Position numbers and translations under genes: made by a program
Shown here: in pieces, positions 1-9,408 of the stretch
How the letters are laid out: every line of letters starts with the position of its first letter
How positions within the stretch are numbered: the stretch's first letter is position 1
Assembly (NCBI RefSeq): GCF_036515215.1
Contig: NZ_DATBVQ010000060.1
Location: forward strand, 4,391-68,390
Reading direction: 5' to 3'
Source of the DNA: Flavobacterium sp.
Lineage (GTDB): Bacteria; Bacteroidota; Bacteroidia; Flavobacteriales; Flavobacteriaceae
Length of the DNA stretch: 64,000 bases
Notes under the pieces: model-generated
Databases searched by the model: none
Seen by the model: the letters and a program-made list of their open reading frames with translations, nothing else
Told to the model about the DNA's origin: nothing

Positions 1-186
1 GAACTGGATCGTTTCAAAGACAGCCGCTTCGAGTTTGCCGCCCAAGCTTCGGCCGTGGCCGTGACCGAAGGCGCTTCGGCTAATGTGAAATATACTGACG
101 GTGTGATGGTGTTCACCATGGAGAAAGGTGGACTCATGTATGAGGCTTCCATTGGCGGTCAGAAGTTTAAGTATAAAAGGTTGTAA
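1..186 (+). CDS. 3' end of a YSC84/SYLF-like lipid-binding protein (partial)
   Basis: Frame 1 reads ELDRFKDSRFEFAAQASAVAVTEGASANVKYTDGVMVFTMEKGGLMYEASIGGQKFKYKRL*. The KGGLMYEASIGGQKF ending is typical of bacterial YSC84-related proteins. Absent from the ORF track because it is truncated by the window. Confidence 0.75.
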   Translation, partial: ELDRFKDSRFEFAAQASAVAVTEGASANVKYTDGVMVFTMEKGGLMYEASIGGQKFKYKRL

Positions 187-546
187 GTGTGCTTGATGCA
201 CTTATTGGTCGGGAAATTTGGGATTTATCGGTTCACATTGTGGTCGCGAGCTTCCCAATCATGGCAGCTGCAACTTATAATGCATTCATTTCTTCTTGTG
301 TTTGCGACTGGGACGCTAGCGCCGGCGTTTCGGCCGCAATCTTTCAGTTTTTCGTGGGTTTCAATTTTTGATTCACTTTATATTTTCTTAATACAATGCT
401 TTCAATTTGTATTGGGATCAATTTTTCCTTCGAGGTGACCATATATTTGACTGGATAATCTATTTCCAAAAAAAACAATTTTAAAAAAAGAGAAAATTGT
501 CCATGGCTTTGCGTGCATTCTCCATTATTGTTCTGTGATTATGTGA

Positions 547-554
547 TAACTTTG
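547..554 (+). promoter_or_regulatory. Bacteroidota -7 promoter element (TAACTTTG)
   Basis: Matches TAnnTTTG and ends 33 nt before the ATG at 588, supporting that start. Confidence 0.55.
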
Positions 555-587
555 TTATTATTAAAAGTAATCACTAATAATCAACTG

Positions 588-1001
588 ATGGAACAGAAAC
601 TGCCCCTTCCGCCGTTTAACATGGAAACCGCTTTGCAAAAAGTGCAACTGGCCGAGGATGCCTGGAACAGCAAAGACCCGGAACGGATTGCCTTGGCATA
701 CACCGTCGACACAGTATGGCGCAATAGAACCGAATTCATCAACGGCAGGGAAGCGGTGAAGGAATTCCTGAAAAGCAAATGGGAAAAAGAGTTAAATTAC
801 ACCCTCAAAAAAGAGCTTTGGGGTTTTCGCGAAAACCGAATGGCGGTGCTTTTTGAGTACGAATACCACAACGCCGACGGACAATGGTTTAGGGCCTATG
901 GAAACGAAAACTGGGAGTTTGACGAGAACGGTTTGATGTGCAAACGTTTTGCCAGCATCAACGATCTAGCCATTGACGAAAAAGACAGAAAGTTTAGATA
1001 A
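588..1001 (+). CDS. DUF1348 / NTF2 (SnoaL-like) family protein
   Basis: PLPPF..ETA.QKV..AEDAWN, WRNR.EF..GRE and [20 protein letters not shown] motifs; start moved from 513 to ATG 588. Confidence 0.85.
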   Translation: MEQKLPLPPFNMETALQKVQLAEDAWNSKDPERIALAYTVDTVWRNRTEFINGREAVKEFLKSKWEKELNYTLKKELWGFRENRMAVLFEYEYHNADGQWFRAYGNENWEFDENGLMCKRFASINDLAIDEKDRKFR

Positions 1002-1012
1002 AACGCTCTTTT

Positions 1013-1900
1013 ATGACAGATAAAAATGCCCATACTTTAGTCAATCCCCAAAACGGGAATCTGGCTTTCAAACTCTTTACTTTTGAAGACAACAGTTCTT
1101 TCGACCACTTGCAACGGCTGAATTACTATTCGCTGATATGGATTAAAAAAGGAAAAGGTACCGTAAAAGTGGATTTCTCTGAGCATCATTTTCAGGAGAA
1201 TGTTTTGTTGGCTTTTGCGCCATACCAGCCTTTTATGCTGTCCACCCAAGAAAAAATAGAGGGAGTTGTGTTGAATTTTCATCCCGACTTTTTCTGTATT
1301 CACAAGCACCAAGCCGAGGTCGCTTGTAACGGTATTTTGTTCAATAACATTTACGAACCGCCATTTGTTTCGATCGATGAAGCCGCCGAGAACACTTTAG
1401 ATATGGTTTTGGAACAAATAAAGGTAGAAATGCAAAATCCGGCTTTGGCACAATACGAACTGCTGATTTCCTATCTGAAGATTTTCCTGATTACCGCTTC
1501 CCGATTAAAAGCTCAGTCGGAAGTTCCTGAATCAAAAGCGGTTTTGGATGCTAAAGAACCGTTCGTGCTTCAGAATTTAAAGAACTACATCGAACTTCAT
1601 TTCAAGACGAAACATTCCGCAAGCGATTACGCCGATTTGTTGCACCTGACTCCAAAAGCCTTGGCGAAAATCACCAAGACGCATTTCAATAAAACCCTTA
1701 CCGAGTTGATCTCGGAGCGTATTATCATTGAGGCCAAAAGAGAATTGTACCTGACAAACAAGGCAGTCAAAGAAATCGCTTACGAATTGGGGTATGAGGA
1801 CGAGCATTATTTTAGCCGTTTCTTCAAAAATAATGCTGACGTTTCTCCTCAAATGTATCGAGATACGGTGGGTTTTGCCCGCGCCATGACTACGCCATAA
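1013..1900 (+). CDS. AraC family transcriptional regulator
   Basis: N-terminal cupin-like domain and C-terminal double HTH (VKEIAYELGYEDEHYFSRFFK). Confidence 0.92.
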   Translation: MTDKNAHTLVNPQNGNLAFKLFTFEDNSSFDHLQRLNYYSLIWIKKGKGTVKVDFSEHHFQENVLLAFAPYQPFMLSTQEKIEGVVLNFHPDFFCIHKHQAEVACNGILFNNIYEPPFVSIDEAAENTLDMVLEQIKVEMQNPALAQYELLISYLKIFLITASRLKAQSEVPESKAVLDAKEPFVLQNLKNYIELHFKTKHSASDYADLLHLTPKALAKITKTHFNKTLTELISERIIIEAKRELYLTNKAVKEIAYELGYEDEHYFSRFFKNNADVSPQMYRDTVGFARAMTTP

Positions 1901-1905
1901 AAACC

Positions 1906-2033
1906 GTCACTTCGAATGATTTTAAATGGCAATGGCCTTGCTTTCTGAAATTGTATCGAGAAGCCAAGATTATTTCAGGATTCTCGATACTTCATTCTTT
2001 TATGCTCTAACGCAGCAGTCAACTCGAATTGAC
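1906..2033. repeat. Degenerate REP-like nested palindrome
   Basis: Outer arms GTCACTTCGAAT (1906) / ACTCGAATTGAC (2022-2033); inner arms GTATCGAGAA (1953-1962) / TTCTCGATAC (1981-1990); lies between convergent genes. Confidence 0.65.
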
Positions 2034-2092
2034 ACATACACAACCGGGGAGCAATAATGCAATCTAAAAATGTTACAATATTCTCCTTATAA

Positions 2093-4078
2093 TTAACGCT
2101 CCAGCAGCATTTTATAAGTTTGATTTCCGTCAACTCCTTGTATGAGCAGAAAATAAATTCCGCTTCCAATCTTGTTGTTTCCTGTTCCTGTTCCGTTCCA
2201 TGGTAAATTATAAATTCCTTTTTCATAATATGCATCAGTAAGTGTGGTGATATGCTGCCCAAAGAGATTGTAAATTTCTGCCTTGTAATTTCCGCTGATT
2301 CCAGCTTCTAACTTGATGGTGGTTTGGTTACTGAACGGATTGGGGGCAATATTGGCATTGAATGACCCGTTCCTGTTTTCCGCTAGGAGTGTAGCCGGCA
2401 TATCTCCCACATAAAAGGGGCGCATCATATCATGGTCCTCATGAGAGAGAATATGACAATGCCATACATACAAACCCTTGAGGTCAAATCGTGCCCTAAT
2501 CCGCGTAACTTCCCCCGGATACATCACGGCTGTGTCTTTCCATCCGCTTTCATCGGCAGTTGGGAATTTGGATTGCCCCTGTAATTGAAGTGAAGAAGGA
2601 TCGCCGGGAACGTAGCGTGCTACGTTGAATTTTTGCCTGCTCACAATTTGATAACTCACCAAATGCAGGTGAACGGGATGCGCGTCGGGTGTAGCGTTGA
2701 TCACTTGCCATTCTTCTAGCGCATTGTGCATTGGATTTTCAGTAATGGGGGAATTGAAATCCAACGCGCCGAGTGCTGAGGTTCCTAATTGTGGTTTGAG
2801 GCGCTCAAACTCATCTTCTTTTTCAATCAGTAGAAGCTGACGCGTATTATCGGGAGTACCTAATGCCGCAATTGGGGTAGTCCTGAGAACAGGAGGAATC
2901 ACACTGTTATCCGCTCCGTTAAGCGCAAGATTAACTCTGAATGCCATGATTTGTCCCGCAACCCTGGGATCGACGGTTTCCCCCGTCGGAAAAGGCGAAC
3001 GTGCATTATTTTTCATGATTAAGGTTTGTCCAAAGAGCGCGGGATCCGAAAAATCGACGATTACGTCTTTACGCTCTCCCGGAGCCAGCAACATCTGATT
3101 TAACGTGACTGGAGCATTTAGCAATCCGCCGTCAGTACCAATTTGAATAAAAGGAATGGTATTGCCTAAAAATAATTTATAAAAACGGGAGTCAGAGCCA
3201 TTGAGAAAACGAAAACGGTATTTCCTTGGTTCCACGTTCAATACTGGCCATGTTTTTCCGTTTACAACAATGAAATCCCCGAACATTTCGGGTAATATAC
3301 TTGGGTTTGGTTGACCTGCTTCCTCTGGCATCGAAGGATAAAACAATTGTCCATCGTCCGTAAACATTCGATCTTGTATTACAATGGGAATTTCATAATT
3401 TCCGGATGGCAGGTTAAGGTTATCTTCAGATTCTTCGCGCAATAAATAAAAACCGGCAAGCCCGGCATAGACATTTAATCGCGTTATCCCCAAGGCATGG
3501 TCGTGGTACCATAAAGTGGTTGCTTCCTGGTCATTAGAATAATTATATACCTGTTGAGACCAGTATGGCCCGGTTTCACCGAAGTCGGGAGTGAACCATG
3601 CTTCAGGGTTTCCGTCGCTGGCAGATTCGACATGACCGCCATGAAGGTGCGTCACCACTGGCACTCCATAATTTGGATAATTTTCGGATAAAATAGAAGT
3701 GTCAACAGGCAGCAAGTGCGCAAGAGGATTGTTGCCGTCCACTAACTCATTTTTCCATTTTACAGTGATGGGAGTATTTTTTCTAGCCTCGAATGTCGGA
3801 CCGGGATAACTGCCGTTGTAGCCCCAAACAGTTGTATACATTGGGTTACCGGAGCCGTCCTTCAGTCCCAAATCCTGTTCAAACTGCGTCATGCTCACTT
3901 CATAATAAGTTCCACCGGGTACGACAGGCTGAATTACCGACGGAATAGGTAAGGGACTAACGAATTTTTGTTGCGTGGATGGATCCAGTAAAGACTGACC
4001 TTGGGCGTCTGTCGTTGCAGCCACCAACATTCCTGTGATTAACACAAACAATGTTCTCATTCTGTAATTTTTTGCCAT
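2093..4078 (-). CDS. Multicopper oxidase (CotA/bilirubin oxidase-like) with T9SS type A C-terminal sorting domain
   Basis: All four Cu motifs (HLHGGH, WYHDH, HPVHLH, WHCHILSHEDHDMM); Sec signal peptide; C-terminal APNPFSNQT...IYNLFGQ...SGIYFL...YKMLLER. Confidence 0.9.
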   Translation of the reverse strand: MAKNYRMRTLFVLITGMLVAATTDAQGQSLLDPSTQQKFVSPLPIPSVIQPVVPGGTYYEVSMTQFEQDLGLKDGSGNPMYTTVWGYNGSYPGPTFEARKNTPITVKWKNELVDGNNPLAHLLPVDTSILSENYPNYGVPVVTHLHGGHVESASDGNPEAWFTPDFGETGPYWSQQVYNYSNDQEATTLWYHDHALGITRLNVYAGLAGFYLLREESEDNLNLPSGNYEIPIVIQDRMFTDDGQLFYPSMPEEAGQPNPSILPEMFGDFIVVNGKTWPVLNVEPRKYRFRFLNGSDSRFYKLFLGNTIPFIQIGTDGGLLNAPVTLNQMLLAPGERKDVIVDFSDPALFGQTLIMKNNARSPFPTGETVDPRVAGQIMAFRVNLALNGADNSVIPPVLRTTPIAALGTPDNTRQLLLIEKEDEFERLKPQLGTSALGALDFNSPITENPMHNALEEWQVINATPDAHPVHLHLVSYQIVSRQKFNVARYVPGDPSSLQLQGQSKFPTADESGWKDTAVMYPGEVTRIRARFDLKGLYVWHCHILSHEDHDMMRPFYVGDMPATLLAENRNGSFNANIAPNPFSNQTTIKLEAGISGNYKAEIYNLFGQHITTLTDAYYEKGIYNLPWNGTGTGNNKIGSGIYFLLIQGVDGNQTYKMLLER

Positions 4079-4333
4079 GATGCTTCGTTTTTAAAATTAA
4101 TAATTTTAAAATTAGAAGTAGGTCCAGAAAGAAAAAGGTAAGATTTGGAGGGGCTAAATTCGGGTCGATTGCCTAAATAAAGATAAATAAATTTCTTGCT
4201 AAATCAAAGCCTAAAACGGATATTTTTTAACTTATCTTTTTAATTTTCAATATTTTATGATTTGAATAAGCCTATCGGAAATTGCCTCGTCAGAACGCAA
4301 AATTAATTTTCTGAATTTCAATCGATGATCCAT

Positions 4334-4368
4334 AAAAAAACGACCGAAAATTACCTCCCAGTCGTTAG
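4334..4368 (-). terminator. Intrinsic terminator after thrC
   Basis: Minus strand AACGACTGGGAG-loop-TTTTCGGTCGTT followed by a T run. Confidence 0.6.
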
Positions 4369-4393
4369 TATATAATAATACGCAATTTGAGAT

Positions 4394-5683
4394 TTATCCC
4401 AAAAACGCTTTCAGTTGCTCGTAGGTTTTGATTTTGGTACTCACTTTATCTTTCCCGAGTACGCTTTCAATTTGTGGAGGGATCGGCAGTTTTACGTTTA
4501 GTGCTGGTTCGACAGTATCCAAAAACTTGATTGGGTGGGCAGTTTCAAGGAAAATGCCAACAGCATTCGGGTGGTTTTGGAGTTCTTTTTTCAGTCCCAG
4601 ATATCCAACGGCACCATGCGGTTCCGCGATGTAACCGTCCGTATTGTATATGGTTTTCATGGCGGCTAAAGTCTCTGCATCGGTGAACGTAAACGAGGAA
4701 AAATCTTTTTTGAACTGTTCCAAATCGTTTTGGTACATTTCCTGGATGCGGATGAAATTGCTCGGGTTTCCCACATCCATAGCATTCGAAATCGTTGCTC
4801 TGGATGGTTTAGGGTCGTAAATTCCGTTTTCCAAGAATCGTGGCACGGTATCGTTCACATTGGTGGAGGAAACAAAATGTTCCACCGGCAGTCCCATTTT
4901 TTTGGCGATGATACCCGCACATATATTCCCGAAGTTTCCGCTCGGACAGGAGAAAACCAAAGGTTTGTTCTGTTTTTTGAGGGCTTTATAGGCAAAGAAG
5001 AAATAGAACATCTGTGGCAACCAGCGCGCGATATTGATCGAATTCGCCGAAGTCAGATTGTGGTGTTTCAAACTGTCATCCAAGAACGCTTTTTTGACCA
5101 TGTCCTGGCAATCGTCAAAAACGCCGTCCACTTCAAGAGCCTTGATGTTTTGTCCCAGCGTCGTCAACTGTCGTTCCTGAATGTCGCTCACTTTGCCCGA
5201 CGGATAAAGGATAATCACCTCGACTCCCTTTACGCCAAGAAAACCGCTTGCAACGGCACCGCCAGTATCACCCGAAGTAGCGACAAGTACCGTGTTTTTA
5301 CTATCTTTTTTGTCTCTATTGAAATATCCCAAACAACGGGACATGAATCTTGCGCCCACGTCCTTGAAAGCCATCGTGGGGCCATGAAACAATTCAAGGG
5401 AATAGATTCCTTCTTCGACTTCCACCAGCGGGAAATCAAAACAAAGCGTTTCGGCAATGATTTCTTTCAATTTGTCTTCTGGAATTTCGTCACCCACGTA
5501 TTGACGAATGGCCTGATATGCAATCTCTTCGTTGCTAAGGTTTTCGATAGTGTCAAAAAAACTTTGCGGCAAAGGCGTTATCGTTTCCGGAAAATACAAT
5601 CCTTTATCGGATGCCAGACCCTGTATTACCGCTTCTTTAAAAGAAACTTTTGGGGCGTTATGGTTTAAACTGTAGTATTTCAT
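4394..5683 (-). CDS. thrC: Threonine synthase
   Basis: ELFHGPTMAFKD (PLP lysine), ATSGDTG, SANSINIAR, PSGNFGN; likely start MKYYSLN at 5683. Confidence 0.96.
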   Translation of the reverse strand: MKYYSLNHNAPKVSFKEAVIQGLASDKGLYFPETITPLPQSFFDTIENLSNEEIAYQAIRQYVGDEIPEDKLKEIIAETLCFDFPLVEVEEGIYSLELFHGPTMAFKDVGARFMSRCLGYFNRDKKDSKNTVLVATSGDTGGAVASGFLGVKGVEVIILYPSGKVSDIQERQLTTLGQNIKALEVDGVFDDCQDMVKKAFLDDSLKHHNLTSANSINIARWLPQMFYFFFAYKALKKQNKPLVFSCPSGNFGNICAGIIAKKMGLPVEHFVSSTNVNDTVPRFLENGIYDPKPSRATISNAMDVGNPSNFIRIQEMYQNDLEQFKKDFSSFTFTDAETLAAMKTIYNTDGYIAEPHGAVGYLGLKKELQNHPNAVGIFLETAHPIKFLDTVEPALNVKLPIPPQIESVLGKDKVSTKIKTYEQLKAFLG

Positions 5684-5717
5684 TTTTTGTTTCATTGGGA
5701 GGCACGAAGCCATCTCA

Positions 5718-6641
5718 TTATCTAATTATTCTAACGCCATCAGGATTCACTTTTGAAACGTGAATCTCGTACGGCAAATTCATTTTGTCATAAATGGCAC
5801 TCATGGCTTTGGCAATTTGATTGGCTGTTGCCTCTCCTTTGCTTAAAGCAAAAATAGAAGGACCAGAGCCTGATATCCCAGAACCAAGCGCTCCGTTTTC
5901 TAAAGCCGTCTGTTTGACCAGATCGAAACCGGGAATCAATACGCTTCTCAAAGGCTCCACGATCTCATCATGCAGTGATCGACCGATTAAATCATAATCT
6001 TTGGTGTACAGACCGGCAATCAGTCCGCCCACATTTCCCCATTGCATGATGGCGCTTTTCAGGGAAACCGTTTGCTTCAATACTGAGCGCGCATCGGATG
6101 TTTTTAACTCAATTTGTGGATGCACCACAGTGGCATACAATTCAGAAGGACTTTCTATTTTGATTATGTCCAGCGGACTGTAACTGCGCACCAATGTAAA
6201 ACCTCCCAACAGGGCAGGAGCGACGTTATCGGCATGGGCATTTCCGCAAGCCAGTTTTTCGCCTTGCATGGCAAAAGGAACCAAATCTTTAATTTCAAAT
6301 GGTCTTCCCAGCAATTCGTTGATGCCAAAAACGGCACCCGCTGAACTGGCCGCGCTGCTGCCGATTCCGCTTCCCGCCTTGATGTTTTTGTAGATTTCTA
6401 TATCAAAACCCGCATCAGACCTTAAAGCGTCAAGCATAGCCAATGCGGCAACTCCCGCCACGTTTTTTTCGGTTTCAAGCGGTAGGTCGGCACCCACAAG
6501 TTTTGTGATGCGAATTCCTTTTTGGTCTGATTTCCGAATAATCATTTCGTCACCCACATTGTCCAAACACAAGCCAAGGACATCAAAGCCACAGGATAGA
6601 TTAGCGATTGTCGCAGGACAAAATATTTTTATTTCGTTCAT
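5718..6641 (-). CDS. thrB: Homoserine kinase
   Basis: PATIANLSCGFDVLG, GSGIGSSAAS (GHMP motif), HADNVAP, ISGSGPS. Confidence 0.96.
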   Translation of the reverse strand: MNEIKIFCPATIANLSCGFDVLGLCLDNVGDEMIIRKSDQKGIRITKLVGADLPLETEKNVAGVAALAMLDALRSDAGFDIEIYKNIKAGSGIGSSAASSAGAVFGINELLGRPFEIKDLVPFAMQGEKLACGNAHADNVAPALLGGFTLVRSYSPLDIIKIESPSELYATVVHPQIELKTSDARSVLKQTVSLKSAIMQWGNVGGLIAGLYTKDYDLIGRSLHDEIVEPLRSVLIPGFDLVKQTALENGALGSGISGSGPSIFALSKGEATANQIAKAMSAIYDKMNLPYEIHVSKVNPDGVRIIR

Positions 6642-6649
6642 ATATTTTT

Positions 6650-6732
6650 GTTTCAGGTTTAAAGTTTAAAGTTTCAGGTTAAAAAAAAGTGTTCTTCAAC
6701 AACGATCTAACTTGAAACATTAAACTTGAAAC
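6650..6732. repeat. Inverted tandem heptamer repeats forming a hairpin
   Basis: GTTTCAG-GTTTAAA-GTTTAAA-GTTTCAG-GTT (6650-6680) facing AA-CTTGAAA-CATTAAA-CTTGAAA-C (6709-6732). Confidence 0.75.
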
Positions 6733-6738
6733 TAATTT

Positions 6739-9186
6739 TTATACATTCCCAATTCTGATCACATCGGCAAAAATACCCGATGCCGTTACGGCTGCTCCGG
6801 CCCCGGCCCCTTTAATCAATAAAGGCTGATCTACATAACGGTCTGTGTAGAACAATACGATATTGTCTTTTCCTTCCAAATTATAAAATGGATGCTCTTT
6901 TGGGATGAACTGCAAACCGACGCTCGCTTTTCCGTCTTCAAATTGAGCCACAAACTTTAATCGGCTATCTTTTTCATTCGCTTCGGCTAAAATGCTTTCG
7001 AAATGACTGGCGTGTGCAATTAAGGACTTAAAGAAATCCTCATTATTAGCTGTTTCCATACATGCTGCAGGAAGAAAAGATTCGTTTTCTATTTCTTCAA
7101 TTTCCATTTTGTATCCGCTCTCACGAATCAGGATTAATATCTTTCTGGCGACGTCAATTCCGCTCAAATCAATCTTTGGGTCGGGTTCCGTGAATCCTTG
7201 TACTCCGGCTTCTTTTACCACATCATGGAAAGAATTGTTTTCATCGAAATTATTGAAGATAAAGTTCAAACTTCCTGATAAAACAGCCTGTATTTTATTG
7301 ACTTTATCACCCGATGCAACTAAATTTTTTACGGTGTCAATAATAGGTAATCCTGCGCCAACATTCGTTTCAAACAAGAATGGGGCGTTGTATTTTCGAG
7401 ATAAGTTTTTAAGGTTTTTGTAATTATCGAACGCCGATGAACAGGCTATTTTATTACAAGTTACCACTGCTATATTTTGTCGTAAAAAATGTTCGTAAGT
7501 TTGAGAAACACTTTCGTTCGCCGTGATATCCACAAAAATACTGTTACGTAAATTGAACGCTTTTACATTAGAAATGAAAGCTTCCTTATCTGCAATTTCG
7601 CCTTTTTCCAAAGCTGATTCCCATTTTTTTAAATCAATGCCGTCTTCATCAAAATGCATTTTTCTGGAATTGGACAATGCGATAACTCGCAGGTTTATTT
7701 TTAAGTTGTCTTTCAGGAATTTATTTTGTTGTCTGATTTGGTCGATGAATTTTTCGCCAACATTTCCAACTCCCATAACGAACAGGTTCAATTGTTTAGT
7801 ATTGTCTTCAAAAAAACGCTCGTGAAGTGTATTCAATGCTTTTTTGACGTCTCTTTCATTGATTACAGCCGAAATGTTTCTTTCGGATGCACCTTGGGCA
7901 ATCGCGCGAATATTGACGTTGTTTTTTCCTAAAGTGCTGAACATTTTACCGCTCAGTCCTTGGTGGTTTTTCATGTTTTCACCAACTAAGGCGATGATGC
8001 ATAGGTTTTTCTCCACGATGCAAGGATCGATTTTGTGCTGTAAAATCTCTATTTCAAACGCTTTATTTATGGCCTCTTCAGCCGCTTGGGCATCTGAATT
8101 TAGAATTCCTATACAAATGGAATGTTCAGAGGAAGCTTGGGTAATAAAAATAACATTGATATTCTCATTTGATAAAACTTCAAACAGTCTTTTTGAAGAG
8201 CCCGAAACACCAATCATTCCAGGTCCTTCAAGCGTAATCAAAGTGATGTGTTCGATATGGCTGATTCCTTTTACGGGAGAACCATTCGAGAGGCTATTGT
8301 TTGATATAAAGGTTCCTTCTGCCTCTGGTTCGAAAGTGTTTTTGATATGAATAGGAATGTTCTTTCTCAATACCGGCTGAATAGTTGGAGGAAATAAAAC
8401 TTTGGCGCCAAAATGGGACAACTCCATGGCTTCTTGATATGAAATAGAGGTAATGGGTTGGGCCTGTTTTACGATTTTTGGGTTGGCAGTATACATTCCA
8501 TTCACGTCAGTCCAAATTTCCAAATCAGTTGCGTCTAACGCGGCAGCCATGATTGCGGCAGTATAATCAGATCCGCCCCGACCCAAAGTGGTATTGATTC
8601 CGTCAAGGGAGGAAGCGATAAAACCTGGTATAACAACAACTCGGGAATCATTCGAACCAATAAAATCAGCGATTAATTGGTTTGTAACTTCAAAATTAAC
8701 CGCCGCTTTTCCAAAATTATTATTGGTTTTAATCAATTCACGGCTGTCTTTATAACTGCTGTTTTCTAAATTTTGTTTTAGCGCTTCGGCAATGATGTAG
8801 GATGACAGTAGTTCACCGAAACTCAAAATTGTGTCGGATGTTCTATTGGATAATTCACCCAAAAGAAAACAACCATCCAATAAAGTCTCCAGATGGTTTA
8901 TGATTCTCTTGATGTGGCTTAGCGAACCGCTCTGTTCGCTAACAGGAATCAATTCTTTTAAAGCGTCCAGATGTTTTTTCTCTATATCGGCAACAATCTC
9001 TTTATATGTTTCATCATTAGAGGCCGCCTTTTCAGAAGCCAATTGCAGTAAATCAGTAACTTTGCTGAGCGCTGAAACTACTATGATCAATTGGTCTTGT
9101 TTTGCTTTATTGGATACGATGTCTAGGACACGTTTTATATTTTGGGCATTGGCTACTGAAGTCCCGCCAAATTTTAATATTTTCAT
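6739..9186 (-). CDS. thrA: Bifunctional aspartokinase / homoserine dehydrogenase I
   Basis: KFGGTSV, TLGRGGSDY, two ACT domains, GVGNVG, FETNVGAGLP, EPDPKIDLSG. Confidence 0.97.
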   Translation of the reverse strand: MKILKFGGTSVANAQNIKRVLDIVSNKAKQDQLIIVVSALSKVTDLLQLASEKAASNDETYKEIVADIEKKHLDALKELIPVSEQSGSLSHIKRIINHLETLLDGCFLLGELSNRTSDTILSFGELLSSYIIAEALKQNLENSSYKDSRELIKTNNNFGKAAVNFEVTNQLIADFIGSNDSRVVVIPGFIASSLDGINTTLGRGGSDYTAAIMAAALDATDLEIWTDVNGMYTANPKIVKQAQPITSISYQEAMELSHFGAKVLFPPTIQPVLRKNIPIHIKNTFEPEAEGTFISNNSLSNGSPVKGISHIEHITLITLEGPGMIGVSGSSKRLFEVLSNENINVIFITQASSEHSICIGILNSDAQAAEEAINKAFEIEILQHKIDPCIVEKNLCIIALVGENMKNHQGLSGKMFSTLGKNNVNIRAIAQGASERNISAVINERDVKKALNTLHERFFEDNTKQLNLFVMGVGNVGEKFIDQIRQQNKFLKDNLKINLRVIALSNSRKMHFDEDGIDLKKWESALEKGEIADKEAFISNVKAFNLRNSIFVDITANESVSQTYEHFLRQNIAVVTCNKIACSSAFDNYKNLKNLSRKYNAPFLFETNVGAGLPIIDTVKNLVASGDKVNKIQAVLSGSLNFIFNNFDENNSFHDVVKEAGVQGFTEPDPKIDLSGIDVARKILILIRESGYKMEIEEIENESFLPAACMETANNEDFFKSLIAHASHFESILAEANEKDSRLKFVAQFEDGKASVGLQFIPKEHPFYNLEGKDNIVLFYTDRYVDQPLLIKGAGAGAAVTASGIFADVIRIGNV

Positions 9187-9293
9187 TTTGTTCGTTTTGA
9201 TTTAAAAAAAAAGCAACTTATTTATACATCCAGTAACTTTCTTTCTTAAAAAAGAAAAATAGTACGATAGGATTATATGTAAAATGTATACCC

Positions 9294-9398
9294 CTAAGGG
9301 GTAGTAGTCGTTGTAGCAGTAAATGTAGCGGTAACAGAAATCTCAACCCAAATTTGAGTTGTTATCGAAGAGTGATATGTAGATCTGTTGTCTTTCAT
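9294..9398 (-). CDS. thrL: Putative thr operon leader peptide (34 aa; 11 Thr, 3 Ile)
   Basis: MKDNRSTYHSSITTQIWVEISVTATFTATTTTTP*; same strand as thrA and ending 107 nt before its ATG; symbol given by analogy only. Confidence 0.8.
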   Translation of the reverse strand: MKDNRSTYHSSITTQIWVEISVTATFTATTTTTP

Positions 9399-9408
9399 TA
9401 TTGTTTTC

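Noticed and set aside
187-438. Short ORFs 187..438 and 189..371
   Set aside because: Non-ATG starts, overlapping frames and no recognisable family
4730-5668. 312-aa plus-strand ORF
   Set aside because: Entirely antisense to thrC with no recognisable motifs; a shadow ORF, like the other short antisense ORFs over thrA, clpC, gyrA, tamB and pfkA
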